Of a stretch of DNA of 64,000 bases, positions 40,635 through 53,459 are shown one piece after another. The translations under genes and the position numbers were made by a program. This DNA is from an uncultured Gemmatimonadales bacterium (GTDB lineage: Bacteria; Gemmatimonadota; Gemmatimonadetes; Longimicrobiales; Gaopeijiaceae), in the NCBI GenBank assembly GCA_963809895.1, contig CAWELD010000010.1, positions 160,001 to 224,000 of the forward strand. The letters are read 5' to 3'. Each line of letters opens with the position of its first letter. Positions within the stretch are counted from its first letter, which is position 1. The notes under the pieces are model-generated. The model saw nothing but the letters and a program-made list of their open reading frames with translations. It did not search any database and had not been told where the DNA came from.

Positions 40635-42700
40635 TCAGAGCCAGGGCTGGAAGCGGCGGCTCACGGAGAAGATCAGCTCCCAGTCGCCGTCGGGACCGAG
40701 GCCCCGGCCCACGTCCAGGCGGAGCACGTCCCAGAGCAGGTCCAGGCCCGCGCCCACACTGGCGCGCACGCCTGCGTCGCCGTCGCCGGTCCAGCCGACC
40801 GGCAGGTCCTGTCCGGCCGCCAGCGAGGCCTGGCCGGCGGCGGCGAAGACGTGGGCTGTGACCCAGGGCTGGCGGATGCTGTGGCCGACCGTGGCCGATG
40901 CCAGCCAGAAGCGGCGGCCGACCTGCTCGCGGTAGGGTTGGCCCGGGAGCGTGCCGCGACCGCCGAGCACGAAGAGCGCCTGGGGGGCGCACCGCTGTCG
41001 GCCATGCCACCCCGCAGCTCCACCTCGAGCTTCAGATCCCGGTAGGCCTGATCCCGGGTCCAGGCCAGGAGGGCCTGGCTGGAGGCCCAGGCTCGACCGT
41101 CCTGATGGGCGATGCGGGTGTCGAGGCGCGCGCGCCCGCCCAGGGGCAGGCCTGGCAGGTCCAACCCCAGGTCCAGGGCTTGTAGCCAGCCTTCTTCGAT
41201 GGGGCGCACCGGGCGTAGGTCGGTGCCGAGGTCACCGACGACCCGTGTCCCGGACGTGTGATGCTCCACCGCGAGTCCGAGATCGAGGCTCCGGCCCTCG
41301 GCGGGCCCCACGCGATGGTGGACACCGACTCCGCTGCTGAACCACGGGTCCAGGTAGTCGCGCCCGCCCAGGGTCGCCAGGGAGTTCAGGACTCCGCTGG
41401 CGCCCCGAACCGGACCCAGGTCGCGGAGGGCGTTGAGCTCGGCGCGCACGCTGCTGGCGGGGCGCTCCGCGCCGTCGTCCAGCTCCGCGCTCGCCGCTCC
41501 CTTCTCGCGGGCGAAGGCCCAGCCGCCGTGCACTCGCAGGCTCCATGTCGTGCGCGGGCGGAAGGACATGCCCATGCCGAGGAAGACCCCCTCCGCCCGG
41601 TCGTAGCGAATGCCCTCGGACACCGACGGCAGATAGAGCCGCAACCGTCTGAGTCCGCTCAAGGTGCGCTCGGCCGCAAGACGGCGGACCTTCTCCTGGA
41701 GCTCGTCCATGGAGGGCGTGGGGGCCAGCCCTTCCTCCTGCAGGTCCGACATCAGGGGGCGCTCGAAGGGAAAGGCGCGGCGCTCGGCCTCCGGCACCGC
41801 GCTCACCCCCCGGGTCTGGAACAGGCCGTCCGGGAGGTCGGGGTTGAACTCGTATCCGTGGATCTCGAACCGCCCGCGGATGATGCTCCCGGCCAGGAAA
41901 TCGAGTTGCGGAAGCTCGCGGCGGAGCTCGACCTCCTGGCGGTAGGGAAGCCAGTAGCGGTCCATCCACAGCCCGTTGTCCAGCGAGATCCGGATGTAGT
42001 CGAGGTAGGAGTCGACGTACGAGGCTGGCGTGAAGCTGAAGCTCATGCGGACGATGGCCGCCGTGGATTGGTCCAGATAGATGGACCCCACGAAGCCCGG
42101 GTGGTCCATGGCCTTGGGTCGGACCTGGATCTCGTAGACCCGCACCGGCTCCTTGCCCGAGGCGAACGAGATGGTGAGGGAGTCGGCGAGGCGGAAGTCG
42201 TAGGTGGCCTCGGAGCGGGGCGCGACGGGGTGCAGCACCGCCTCGACCTCGTCGCCGTCACCCAGGCGGATGAGATCGCCGAATTCGTCCTGGACCACGG
42301 TGAGGTGGTCCAGATGGTAGCGGATGTTGGTGGGGAGGACCTTCTCGTCGCGCAGTCCGACGATGCGCTGCTTGGTGTCGTTGGGGGCGCGCCAGAACAC
42401 CTGCAGCGCGATCTGATCCGCCTTGACCAGGGTGCGCTCGTCGCTGTCGGGGCGGTCCAGGAAGAAGTAGACGAAGCCACGGGCGTCGGCACGGTACGCC
42501 CGGAACGAGGAGTCCACGCTGGTGCTGTGTCGGGTCTGGCGCGCGCGCGCGACGAGGTCGAGCACCCGCGGCGTGTTCCAGTCGCCAGGCTCCTGTGCCC
42601 GGCCCGACGGGGCCAGGGCGGCCAGAAGCAGCAGCGCAAGCAGATGCGGGGACGGACGGACGGGCAAGGGCGGGTGCCGGAATGCAGAGAAGGAGTGCAC
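40635..42700 (-). CDS. putative outer-membrane protein with one apparent frameshift near 40985
   Basis: Signal peptide ending GRAQE; RYDRAEG.FLG; beta-strand-rich C-terminus (LRLDVGRGL...WELIFSV) continues in another frame after a C-run. Confidence 0.65.
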
Positions 42701-42827
42701 GTCCGGAGTGGTACAGCACCCCCTCGGGGCCGGTTCCGGCCGCCCAGGGCTCAGCGGGTCCAGAAACGGCCGCGGGCCCCGCCTCCGGAGAGGTCGGGGC
42801 CCGCGGCCCTGGCAGGTCCGTCTGGGC

Positions 42828-43688
42828 TCAGTTGGCGTTCCAGAATCCGGACAGCGACTCCCCGTGGGGGCTCTCGCGAAGCTTCTCGAAGGCGCGGTTG
42901 CGAATCTGGCGGATGCGCTCACGGGTCACACCCAGGAGAGAGCCGATCTCCTCGAGGGTCCGCTCCTCCCCGTCGTCGAGGCCGTAGTACAGGTAGAGGA
43001 TCTTGCGCTCGCGCTCGGTCAGGTAGGTCTCGAACATCTGCTCGAGGAAATCGCGGCGGGCCACGGCCTCCACGTCCTCTTCGATGTCACCGCCCTCGGC
43101 TCCGGCGAAGCGCTCGCCGAAGCTGGCGCTGTCGCGGTCGCTACGATCGATGGGGGCGTCGAGGCTGAGCTCGCTGGCCGCCACCCGCCGCAGAGCCCGG
43201 ATGGTCTCCACGGGCTCCGACATGTCCTCGGCGATCTCCTGATCCGTCGGCGACCGGCCCAACTGCTGCGTGAGGGCGGTCTCCGTGCGGGCCAGCTTGG
43301 CCAGGTTCGAGTTCTGGTTCAGGGGGATGCGCACGGAACGCGTCTGCTCCGCGAGGGCCTGGAGCACGGTCTGGCGGATCCACCATACGGCGTAGGAGAT
43401 GAATTTCACCCCCTTGTCCGGATCGAACTTCTTGACCGCCTTGAGGAGACCCTCGTTGCCGATGCAGACCAGCTCGGCGAGTCCCAGCCCCCGACCCTGG
43501 TACTTCTTCACGTAGGAGATCACGAAGCGGAGGTTCGCCGTAACCAGTCGTTCGGCGGCCTCCTTGTCTCCCGCCCGGGCGCGACGGGCCAGCGCCCGTT
43601 CTTCCTCCGGGTCCTGGATCAGGGGGTACTTTTCAACGTCCTGCAGATACTGGTCGAAAGAATCCAGGCCACGAGAGGGGGAAAACAT
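42828..43688 (-). CDS. RpoD/RpoS-family sigma factor lacking region 1.1
   Basis: ANLRFVIS..KKY, GNEGL.KAV.KFD, FISYAVWWIRQ and TLEEIG..LGVTRERIRQI motifs. Confidence 0.94.
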   Translation of the reverse strand: MFSPSRGLDSFDQYLQDVEKYPLIQDPEEERALARRARAGDKEAAERLVTANLRFVISYVKKYQGRGLGLAELVCIGNEGLLKAVKKFDPDKGVKFISYAVWWIRQTVLQALAEQTRSVRIPLNQNSNLAKLARTETALTQQLGRSPTDQEIAEDMSEPVETIRALRRVAASELSLDAPIDRSDRDSASFGERFAGAEGGDIEEDVEAVARRDFLEQMFETYLTERERKILYLYYGLDDGEERTLEEIGSLLGVTRERIRQIRNRAFEKLRESPHGESLSGFWNAN

Positions 43689-43811
43689 CCGTTTCACTAC
43701 CTCGCCGATGCGTGTGACCAAGGGAGGGACCCCCGATGACCGGGAAGCATCGCGCTTCCGTGGACCACGAGGGGGGCCGAGTGGGCGTGACGGGGCCCGA
43801 AAAGACAAACC

Positions 43812-43840
43812 AAGTTATAAAAGCGTGTTTGTCCAGTCAA
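43812..43840 (-). promoter_or_regulatory. putative sigma-70 promoter of the sigma factor gene
   Basis: Minus strand reads TTGACT-N17-TAACTT (overlapping TATAAC) within an AT-rich patch. Confidence 0.6.
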
Positions 43841-43946
43841 AGGTTTTGTTCCCAGGATGATACACCCTTCTCGCGTGGGTCCGAGCCGGGCGTCTGTCGA
43901 CGCTCAAATGCCGGTCAGACCAGGAGTTCCGGACGCGGCGAGGTCG

Positions 43947-45236
43947 TCACGCCGCTCCGCCCCCAGGCGGCGCCGCCAGAACGAGGCTGGCGTTGATGCC
44001 ACCGAATCCGAAGGAGTTGCTCAGGGCCAGATCGACCCGGGCCTCCAGACCGTGGGCGGGGACGTGGGCCAGCCGGCAGTCGTCGGCGGGATCGTCCAGG
44101 TTCAGGGTCGGAGGCAGCCATCCCCGTTGCATGGCGAGGCAGGTGACGACGGCTTCGATGGCGCCGGAGGCCCCGAGAGCGTGACCGTGGTAGGGCTTGG
44201 TGCCACTGACGTGGACACGGTCGGCGGCACTGCCGAGCACGGCGCGCAGTGCCTTGGCCTCCGTACCGTCGTTCAGCGGCGTGGATGAAGCGTGCGCGCT
44301 CACGTAGTCCAGGGCCCCGGGCTCCACGCCGGCGCTGTCCAGGGCTTGTCGCATGGCGGCGGCGGCACGTGAGCCGTCGGGCCGCGGCGCGGTCATGTGG
44401 TAGGCATCGCTGGTGGTACCGTATCCGAGGATCTCGGCGTAGATCCGCGCACCCCGAGCCCGGGCCCGCTCCAGTTCCTCGAGGACGAGCACCGCCGCGC
44501 CCTCACCCATGACGAATCCGTCGCGATCCCGGTCGAAGGGTCGGCACGCCCGCGCCGGGTCGTCGTTGCGCGTGGTCATGGCCCGGATGAGCGCGAAGGC
44601 GCCGAAGCTCAGCGGACCGAGGGGCGCCTCCACGCCCCCGGCGAGCGCCACGTCCGCATGACCGTCCCGAATCAGGCGCCAGCCGTCTCCCAGCGCGATG
44701 GTCCCCGAGGCACAGCTCATGGCGTTGGTGGAGTTCGGACCCGTGAAGCCGAATTCGATGGCCGCCTGACAACTCGCGGCGCCACAGAACACCGTGGTCG
44801 CGAGCCTGGGATTCACGGCCCGGATGCCCCGATCCAGGTAGTGCGCCAACTCCTCCTGGGCTTGCGCCAACCCGCCCAGGGCGGAGCCCATCTGCACCGC
44901 CACGCGCGGTCCGGCTTCACTCGCCACGTCCAGGCCGGCGTCTTCGACGGCGAGCCTCGAGGCGGCGATGGCGAACTGTCCGAAGCGGTCCAGACGTCGG
45001 GCACGATCGGATCCCATGTGGGCTCCGGCATCGAAGTCGTGGATCTCCGCGGCGACGGTGGTGCGGAGCTCGGAGGCGTCGAAGCGCGTGATGGCCGCCA
45101 CCGGCGACTCACGTCGGCGTAGCCCGGCCCAGAGGGCGTCCACGCCGGTTCCCACCGCAGTGATGGGGCCGAGGCCCGTGACCACAACGCGCCTCGGGTG
45201 TCGCCCGCCGACGTCGGTCTCTCCGTCTCCGCTCAT
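43947..45236 (-). CDS. beta-ketoacyl synthase (FabF / type II PKS KS-alpha-like)
   Basis: RRVVVTG.G; catalytic MSCASG, SAHASST and GHALGASG; SNSFGFGG.N. Confidence 0.92.
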   Translation of the reverse strand: MSGDGETDVGGRHPRRVVVTGLGPITAVGTGVDALWAGLRRRESPVAAITRFDASELRTTVAAEIHDFDAGAHMGSDRARRLDRFGQFAIAASRLAVEDAGLDVASEAGPRVAVQMGSALGGLAQAQEELAHYLDRGIRAVNPRLATTVFCGAASCQAAIEFGFTGPNSTNAMSCASGTIALGDGWRLIRDGHADVALAGGVEAPLGPLSFGAFALIRAMTTRNDDPARACRPFDRDRDGFVMGEGAAVLVLEELERARARGARIYAEILGYGTTSDAYHMTAPRPDGSRAAAAMRQALDSAGVEPGALDYVSAHASSTPLNDGTEAKALRAVLGSAADRVHVSGTKPYHGHALGASGAIEAVVTCLAMQRGWLPPTLNLDDPADDCRLAHVPAHGLEARVDLALSNSFGFGGINASLVLAAPPGGGAA

Positions 45237-45715
45237 GCCCGCCCTCCTTCGTCCAGGGTCTCGGCCGCGCGTGCGATGCCCGCCAGCGTGCGGCCCGCGA
45301 TGTGCTGCACGAAATGCGGTCCGATCACGTGGTTCGCGGCCCAGCCGCTCACGAGGGGCCACTCGGGGCCCGGCCATTCATGGACGATTCTCAAGAGTGT
45401 GCCGCCCTCCTCGGCGGGTCGGACCTCCCACCACACGTCCATCCCTCGGGTCACCCCCTCCACATGGCGGTAGCGCACCGTGCGGGCGTCGGCATCGTGG
45501 CTCATCTCGGACACCCACCAGGTCGGGTAGGGAAGAGGTCCGAAGTTCCGCCACGCAGCCATCTCCACGAGGCCGGCCGCGAAGCCGTCCCTGCGGCGGA
45601 AGCGCACCCACCGGTAGTGGGGCAGGATGTCCGGCCACCGCTCCACGTCCGCCGCCAGCTGGAAGCAGACGTCGGCCGGTGCCCCGGTTCGGTGCTCGTC
45701 CACGGTTCGCATCAC
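45233..45715 (-). CDS. SRPBCC polyketide cyclase/dehydrase family protein
   Basis: F.LAADVERWP..LPH and GMDV.W pattern; translationally coupled to the KS gene. Confidence 0.82.
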   Translation of the reverse strand: MMRTVDEHRTGAPADVCFQLAADVERWPDILPHYRWVRFRRRDGFAAGLVEMAAWRNFGPLPYPTWWVSEMSHDADARTVRYRHVEGVTRGMDVWWEVRPAEEGGTLLRIVHEWPGPEWPLVSGWAANHVIGPHFVQHIAGRTLAGIARAAETLDEGGRA

Positions 45716-46911
45716 GTCACTCCTGAGAAGCCCGTCGCCAGGCGCACCAGGAGCCGGGGCCGGAGGAGGGATCGCGCGGGCCGGCCGTCACCGGTGACCG
45801 CGATCAGCTCCGCCAGGGCGTCCGTTCGGTCCAGCCGCCTCAGGATCAGCGACAGGAGGTCTGGCCGTTGCATCACTGCCTCGACGACCCGTTGGATCCT
45901 GCGGCCGGGTGTGAAGGCTGCCCGGAGCTGCCGAGCGTACGACCCCAGCATGTCGCGGGAGGTCCCTCCCCGCGCCAGTGCCTCGGACACGATGGGCGCG
46001 GCGAGCTCCGCCGACCGCAGCGCGCGGAAGATGCCCTGACCCGTGAGCGGATCGAAGTAGCCCGCGGCGTCTCCGACCAGGACCACCCCGTCGTGCACCG
46101 GCGAGCGCACGGGCCAATCGAAGGGACCGCTGCCCAGAGGCCGGGACACCGCGCTCGCCCCCGCGAGTCCCGGAAGCACGTTCGCGGCCAGGGACAACAG
46201 GCCCGCCGCCGTTCTCGGCAAGGTGCCGGCGCGGGCACGAGGCACCACCACCGTCAGGGTCCAGCGCGAACCTTCGGGATCCAGGGGCGCCAACCCCAGG
46301 GTGCGGCGCCAGTCCAGGTGCAGTCGCCCCCGGTCCGGCGGCAGGTCCACCCCCTCCAGGTGAAGGGAGAGTGAGGCTTTGTGGACCCGGGGACGTCTGG
46401 CGACGGCGCCCACCGAGCGCGCGACCACGGAGCGGAGACCGTCTGCGCCGATCACGAGGCTCGGGTGCAGCGGCGCGCCATCCCCCTGAAGCCGCACCAC
46501 GGGTCCACGGCGCCGCTGGCCGGGCTCGACCGAGGCCACGCGCACCCCCTCGCGCACCTCCGCACCGGCCTCTCGCGCGGCGCTCAGGAGGGTGTGGTCG
46601 AGGCGTTGTCGCGACAGGCCCCAACCGGTGCCCACGTCGACCGGAAAGCGGGCGTCGAAGGCGCCGGCCGCCGGAGTGTGGAGCCTCCAGCCGCGCAGGA
46701 GGGCCGGGCCTAGCGCCCGCACCCTGTCGGCCAGCCCCAGGCGATGGAGCGCGGCCACCGCGCCGGGATCCAGGCACTCGCCACAGGCTTTGGCGCGCGG
46801 GAAGCGGGCGCGATCCAGGACCAGGACGTCGTGCCCCGCGCGCGCCAGCAGGAGGGCGGTGGCGCTGCCGGCGGGCCCCCCGCCCACCACGACCACCTCG
46901 GGTCCGTGCAT
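45712..46911 (-). CDS. FAD-dependent oxidoreductase (geranylgeranyl reductase/monooxygenase family)
   Basis: GGGPAG, FPR.K.CGE, IGADG.RS and LVGDAAG..DPLTGQGI motifs. Confidence 0.9.
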   Translation of the reverse strand: MHGPEVVVVGGGPAGSATALLLARAGHDVLVLDRARFPRAKACGECLDPGAVAALHRLGLADRVRALGPALLRGWRLHTPAAGAFDARFPVDVGTGWGLSRQRLDHTLLSAAREAGAEVREGVRVASVEPGQRRRGPVVRLQGDGAPLHPSLVIGADGLRSVVARSVGAVARRPRVHKASLSLHLEGVDLPPDRGRLHLDWRRTLGLAPLDPEGSRWTLTVVVPRARAGTLPRTAAGLLSLAANVLPGLAGASAVSRPLGSGPFDWPVRSPVHDGVVLVGDAAGYFDPLTGQGIFRALRSAELAAPIVSEALARGGTSRDMLGSYARQLRAAFTPGRRIQRVVEAVMQRPDLLSLILRRLDRTDALAELIAVTGDGRPARSLLRPRLLVRLATGFSGVT

Positions 46912-47624
46912 CAGCTCCGTCCCTCCAGGACCAGGCGGAAGGGGAGATGGCGCCTGACGCGGACGTTCCGCAGGCCGGCCTTCCGGCCCACGGTGTCGAG
47001 CTCGTCGGGCGTGAAGGAGCGCAGCACGGACAGGGGACCGTCGTGACGGGTGATGGGATTGCGTCTCCAGACGGTGGCCGCGAGCAGGCGGGCGCCCAGG
47101 TAGTTGAGGCGGCTCCGCTCCAGATCACCCACCAGCACCCGGCCGCGTGTCACGCGGGCCATCTCCCGGACCAGCGAGACGGCGTCGTCGGGGCCGAAAT
47201 GGTGGAGTGTCAGCGTGCAGGTGCTGACGTCGAAGGAGTCGTCGGCGAAGGGGAGCGCGAGGCCGTCGGCCCGGACGAGTCGGACCGGCGGCCCGCAATC
47301 ACCGAGGCTCCGTCGGGAGGCCACGGTGAGCATGGGCCCGTGCAGGTCGACGCCGACGCCGCGCGCCGGTCCGGTCCGTCGGTCCAGCCAGGCGCAGGTC
47401 CGGCGGAGCACCTGGCCGTCTCCCGTGCCCACGTCGAGCACGTGCACGCCTCGTCCGGGCGGGAGGTCGCGCAGATGCCGCCGCAGGGCGCGTTCTCCGC
47501 CGAGCCAGCGGTCCACCGCTTCCACATGGGCCAGGGACCGCTCGAGCTCCCTGGGATCGGCGGCCGCCGGGTCGTCCAGCAACTCGTCGTCGTGTCGGCG
47601 GATGGGAGGAGCGAGGAGGCTCAC
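46911..47624 (-). CDS. SAM-dependent methyltransferase
   Basis: [25 protein letters not shown] and TRHDG.LSV.RSFT motifs. Confidence 0.88.
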   Translation of the reverse strand: MSLLAPPIRRHDDELLDDPAAADPRELERSLAHVEAVDRWLGGERALRRHLRDLPPGRGVHVLDVGTGDGQVLRRTCAWLDRRTGPARGVGVDLHGPMLTVASRRSLGDCGPPVRLVRADGLALPFADDSFDVSTCTLTLHHFGPDDAVSLVREMARVTRGRVLVGDLERSRLNYLGARLLAATVWRRNPITRHDGPLSVLRSFTPDELDTVGRKAGLRNVRVRRHLPFRLVLEGRS

Positions 47625-47625
47625 G

Positions 47626-49395
47626 TCAGCGCGGCGGATTGAAGCGATCCGGACCCACCGGCGTGCGGCGGCTGCGGGCCATGTCGGGATCTTCCAGGCT
47701 CTCGGTGAGCCCCAGCAGGTCGCTGAAGGACACCCGGAAGACGAGATCGGAGAAGCCGGCACCCGACTCCACCGGGAAGGCCAGGTCCACGCGCACCACG
47801 CCCCGTGTGCCGGCCGGAAAGCCGATGCGCAGACCGGCTCCCACGGTGGCCCGCCAGCCCGAGTCGAATCCGAAGGGCGCGTCGCCCGCCCACATGCGGC
47901 CCATGTCGGCGAAGAGCGTCGCGCCGAGGTCGAAGAGATCGGGATACGGCCAGCCGAAGTAGATGCGGTCTTCGGCGGACGCCACGATCCGCCGTCCCCC
48001 GGGGTAGTCCTCGTCGCGGTAGCCGCGCACGCCGGTGCGCCCACCCAGCGTGAGCTGAAACGGCTGATCCATCTCCCAGCCGCCGGCGCCGGCCAGCCGC
48101 GCGAAGAGGGTGTGGCGTGGCCAGATCGCCGATTGCCAGTAGAAGAGGAGATCCCCTTCGGCGAGGATGTCGCGCCACCCCTCACGGTCCGTGGCGCCGG
48201 AAAAGATCTGGCGGGCTTCGATGCCGAAGTTCGAGACGATGACGAAAGGAGACGGAGCCCCGGCGCCGTAGATCCGCACGCGCGTATACAGGTCGTCGGG
48301 ACGTCCTTCGGAGGCCAGGAAGCCGAGGCTGCGCCCCAGGGTGAGCGACATCTCCGTGCCCACCTCCACGTCCTGGACTCCACGCAGGGCATCGAGTCCC
48401 TGACGCTGCACGAAGTCGATGTTGCGCTGGCCCAGGAGCAGATTGATGCGAGTGCCCGACCGGTAGTGGGTCTGGTCCGCGAGCCGGAGGGCATCGTCTG
48501 CGGGCGCCGAGTCCTGGGCGGAGAAATCCCGGCTGTCCACGCGCTTGACGTCTCCGGGATACCCGGGAAACGCGAGACGCTCGCGCGAGAATCCCAGCCC
48601 GAACACGGTGAGATTGCCCGGCTCGCCCACCCGTGCCGCCATGGTCAGCTCCGAGCGCTCCTCGTCTACCGGCAGGAGCAGGTGGGCCGACTCGCCCGGC
48701 GGCCCCACCGAATAGCTGAAATAGTCCTCGCGGCGGAAGTACTGCTGGCGCGCGGCGAAGCGCCCCACCTCGCCCACGAAGGGGTAGAAGAGCTCCTCGT
48801 CGAGGAAAGGCCCGACCCTGGTGCGCCCCCCCTGCAGACTCCCGTCGAGCCGTGTGTTGAAGAGCCGGGGCGTGAAGATCTGTCCCCCCACCTCGCGCAC
48901 GGCGTCCAGCTTGTGGTAGAAAGCTCCGACCGTCATCCCCTGGCCCAGGAAGTTCTCCTCGGTGAGACCGAGCTCCTTCAGGCGGAGGCCGCCGTTGACG
49001 TCCGCCTTGAGGTCGACCACCAGCGTCCAGTCGTCGCGCGTGTCCACGACTACGTGCCAGTTGCCGTCGGGCTGGCGGATCCCGTAGACGTCGACGCGCG
49101 CCAGGAAGTCGTAGCGGCGCAGGAGCCGTTCCGAGTCCTGAATCTTGAACGCATCGTAGCAGCCACCCTCCTTCACCAGGAGCTCCCGGAGGAGGAAGCG
49201 CTGCCGCGTACGGATGTGCACCCGGTTGGCGAGTCTGTAAGCCCATCCGTACGAGGGGTTTCCGAGCTCGCTCAGATCGAAGAGCGAGCGATTGTCGACG
49301 AAGATGTGCGTGATGCGTCCGTCCGGGCACGTCTCCTGAGCCGCCAGCGGAGCGGCGCAAAGCAGCAGGAGAAGAGCGAGGACGGGTCTCGGCAT
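47626..49395 (-). CDS. Omp85/BamA-like outer-membrane protein
   Basis: Signal peptide; POTRA-like TR...RELL...G...ESER-type region; ENFLG.G, LGG..GVRGY, FAD.G..W and RVDLAFP motifs. Confidence 0.8.
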   Translation of the reverse strand: MPRPVLALLLLLCAAPLAAQETCPDGRITHIFVDNRSLFDLSELGNPSYGWAYRLANRVHIRTRQRFLLRELLVKEGGCYDAFKIQDSERLLRRYDFLARVDVYGIRQPDGNWHVVVDTRDDWTLVVDLKADVNGGLRLKELGLTEENFLGQGMTVGAFYHKLDAVREVGGQIFTPRLFNTRLDGSLQGGRTRVGPFLDEELFYPFVGEVGRFAARQQYFRREDYFSYSVGPPGESAHLLLPVDEERSELTMAARVGEPGNLTVFGLGFSRERLAFPGYPGDVKRVDSRDFSAQDSAPADDALRLADQTHYRSGTRINLLLGQRNIDFVQRQGLDALRGVQDVEVGTEMSLTLGRSLGFLASEGRPDDLYTRVRIYGAGAPSPFVIVSNFGIEARQIFSGATDREGWRDILAEGDLLFYWQSAIWPRHTLFARLAGAGGWEMDQPFQLTLGGRTGVRGYRDEDYPGGRRIVASAEDRIYFGWPYPDLFDLGATLFADMGRMWAGDAPFGFDSGWRATVGAGLRIGFPAGTRGVVRVDLAFPVESGAGFSDLVFRVSFSDLLGLTESLEDPDMARSRRTPVGPDRFNPPR

Positions 49396-49494
49396 GCAGG
49401 TGCGGGGGATTTCGGGGGGGTGGGGAAGGTGCTTAATCTACGGGACCCTCAATGTCTGGCGAACGAGCTTACTCGTACATACACGGAGTTCCCC

Positions 49495-51765
49495 ATGGAG
49501 GATCGTAAGCGGGAAGCGCTCGAGTATCACCACCTCGGTGATCGCCCCGGGAAGATCGAAGTCGTACCGACCAAGCCCGTGGCCACCCAGCGTGACCTGT
49601 CTCTCGCCTATTCCCCCGGCGTCGCGGAGCCCTGCAGGGAGATCCACCGCGAACCGCTGGACGTCTTCAAATACACGGCCCGCGGCAATCTGGTCGCCGT
49701 GGTCTCCAACGGTACGGCAGTACTGGGTCTCGGTGACATCGGTCCGCTGGCGGCCAAGCCCGTCATGGAGGGCAAGGGCGTGCTCTTCAAGCGCTTCGCG
49801 GGCATCGACGTCTTCGACATCGAGATCGACGCGCCCGAGGCGGACGACGTCATCCGCTTCTGCGAGATGCTGGAGCCGACGGTGGGGGGGATCAATCTCG
49901 AAGACATCCACGCTCCCGACTGCTTCGTCATCGAGAAGACGCTCAAGGAGCGCCTGGACATTCCGGTGTTCCACGATGACCAGCACGGCACCGCCATCAT
50001 CGGCGCCGCGGCACTCCTCAACGCCCTGGAGCTCATCGGCAAGGAGCTCGCCGAGGTGAAGGTCGTGTTCAGCGGGGCCGGGGCGTCGGCGTTGGCCACC
50101 GCCGACCACATCATGCGGCTCGGCGTGCAGAGGAAGAACATCCGCATCTGCGACTCCAAGGGCGTCATCTACCAGGGACGCACGCAGTCGATCAACGAAT
50201 ACAAGGCGCGCTTCGCGGTGGAGACCGACGAGCGCACCCTGGCCGACGCCATGAAGGGGGCCGACGTCTTCATCGGCCTGTCGGTGGCCGGCGTGGTGAC
50301 TTCGGAGATGGTGAAGGACATGGCGGAGAATCCCGTCATCTTCGCACTGGCGAATCCCGACCCGGAGATCCCGCCCGAAGACGTGGAGGCGGTACGTTCC
50401 GACGCCATCATGGCCACGGGGCGCTCGGACTACCCGAACCAGGTGAACAACGTCCTGGGCTTCCCCTTCATCTTCCGCGGTGCCCTCGACGTGCGGGCCA
50501 CGACCGTGAACGCCGACATGATGCTGGCCGCCACCCACGCGCTGGCGGAGCTGGCGCGGACCGACGTGCCCGAAGCCGTGCGCTCGGCCTACGACGACGA
50601 CACGCTGTCCTTCGGCCGGAAGTATCTGATCCCCAAGCCCTTCGATCACCGCGTTCTCTTCCACGTGGCCCCGGCCGTGGCCCGGGCCGCCATGGAGTCG
50701 GGCGTGGCCCGCACCCCCATCGACCTGGACGAGTATCGGGATCGGCTGGTGGCGTCGCTGGGACCCGGCCGGGAGGTCATGCGCTGGATGACCATGCGCG
50801 CCCGGGGCCGTCCCGCCCGGGTGGTGTTCCCCGAGGGGCACAACGACACCATCATCCGCAGCGCGGTCCAGATGCTCGAGGAGGGTGTTTGCCAGCCGGT
50901 GCTCCTGGGACGGCCGCCCAGGGTGCAGGAGAAGGCCGACGTGCTGGGCGTGGACATCAGCGGCGTGGAGATCGTGTACGCCGCCGAGCTGGACGACGTG
51001 CGCCATCGCTACGCGCAGGAGCTCTTCGAGCGCCGTGGGCGCAAGGGCCTCACCCTGGCCGAGGCCCGGTGGAACATGTACAAGCCCATCTATTTCGCCG
51101 CGTCCATGGTGCGCGCGGGCGACGCGGACGCGCTGGTGGCGGGCATCGAGGCCAACTACCCCGAGATCCTGCGGCCCTGCCTGCAGGCCATCGACGTGGA
51201 GCCGGGCGTCAACCGTGTGGCGGGCCTCTACATGCTGGCCTTCCCCAACAAGGAGTTGCTCTTCTTCGCCGACACCACCGTCAACATCGATCCGGACGCC
51301 GAAGCCCTGGCGGACATCGCCCTGCTGTCGGCGCGCTTCGTGAGCGAGCTGGGCGTGACCCCGCGCATCGGCATGGTGTCGTTCTCCAACTTCGGCTCCG
51401 CCCGGCACCCCGAGTCCACCAAGGTCGCGCATGCGGTGGATCTGGTTCGCCAGCGGGCGCCGGATCTGGAGATCGACGGCGAGATGCAGGCGGACACGGC
51501 GTTGGATCCGCGCAAGCTGAAGAACGTCTACCCGTTCAGCCACCTGAAGGGTGGGGCCAACGTGCTGATCTTCTCGAATCTCACTGCCGCGAATTCGGCC
51601 TACAAGCTCCTGGACCAGCTCGGGGGCGCCGAGGTGATCGGCCCGATCCTGCTGGGAATGGCACGTCCGGTCCACATCCTGCAGCGGGGAAGCTCACAGC
51701 AGGAGGTCCTGAACCTGGCGACCATCGCCTCGGTGGACGTCCAGGCCCGTTCTGGCCATTCTTGA
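49495..51765 (+). CDS. maeB: NADP-dependent malic enzyme with PTA-like domain
   Basis: [28 protein letters not shown] and [13 protein letters not shown]-terminal DGEMQAD. Confidence 0.96.
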   Translation: MEDRKREALEYHHLGDRPGKIEVVPTKPVATQRDLSLAYSPGVAEPCREIHREPLDVFKYTARGNLVAVVSNGTAVLGLGDIGPLAAKPVMEGKGVLFKRFAGIDVFDIEIDAPEADDVIRFCEMLEPTVGGINLEDIHAPDCFVIEKTLKERLDIPVFHDDQHGTAIIGAAALLNALELIGKELAEVKVVFSGAGASALATADHIMRLGVQRKNIRICDSKGVIYQGRTQSINEYKARFAVETDERTLADAMKGADVFIGLSVAGVVTSEMVKDMAENPVIFALANPDPEIPPEDVEAVRSDAIMATGRSDYPNQVNNVLGFPFIFRGALDVRATTVNADMMLAATHALAELARTDVPEAVRSAYDDDTLSFGRKYLIPKPFDHRVLFHVAPAVARAAMESGVARTPIDLDEYRDRLVASLGPGREVMRWMTMRARGRPARVVFPEGHNDTIIRSAVQMLEEGVCQPVLLGRPPRVQEKADVLGVDISGVEIVYAAELDDVRHRYAQELFERRGRKGLTLAEARWNMYKPIYFAASMVRAGDADALVAGIEANYPEILRPCLQAIDVEPGVNRVAGLYMLAFPNKELLFFADTTVNIDPDAEALADIALLSARFVSELGVTPRIGMVSFSNFGSARHPESTKVAHAVDLVRQRAPDLEIDGEMQADTALDPRKLKNVYPFSHLKGGANVLIFSNLTAANSAYKLLDQLGGAEVIGPILLGMARPVHILQRGSSQQEVLNLATIASVDVQARSGHS

Positions 51766-51823
51766 ATCCCCGAACGCTACGACCGCGGCCGGCGTACCGG
51801 CCCGTTGATTTGCGAGAGTTCCC

Positions 51824-53425
<1,602 letters not shown>

Positions 53426-53459
53426 CAGGGGTCTGGTGGCGGGGGCGGTAACGCCCCCC

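Noticed and set aside
47104..49494. N-terminal ~800 aa of the 1553-aa ORF, suggesting a giant MaeB fusion
   Set aside because: It is the antisense shadow of the Omp85 and methyltransferase genes; MaeB homology starts at ATG 49495.
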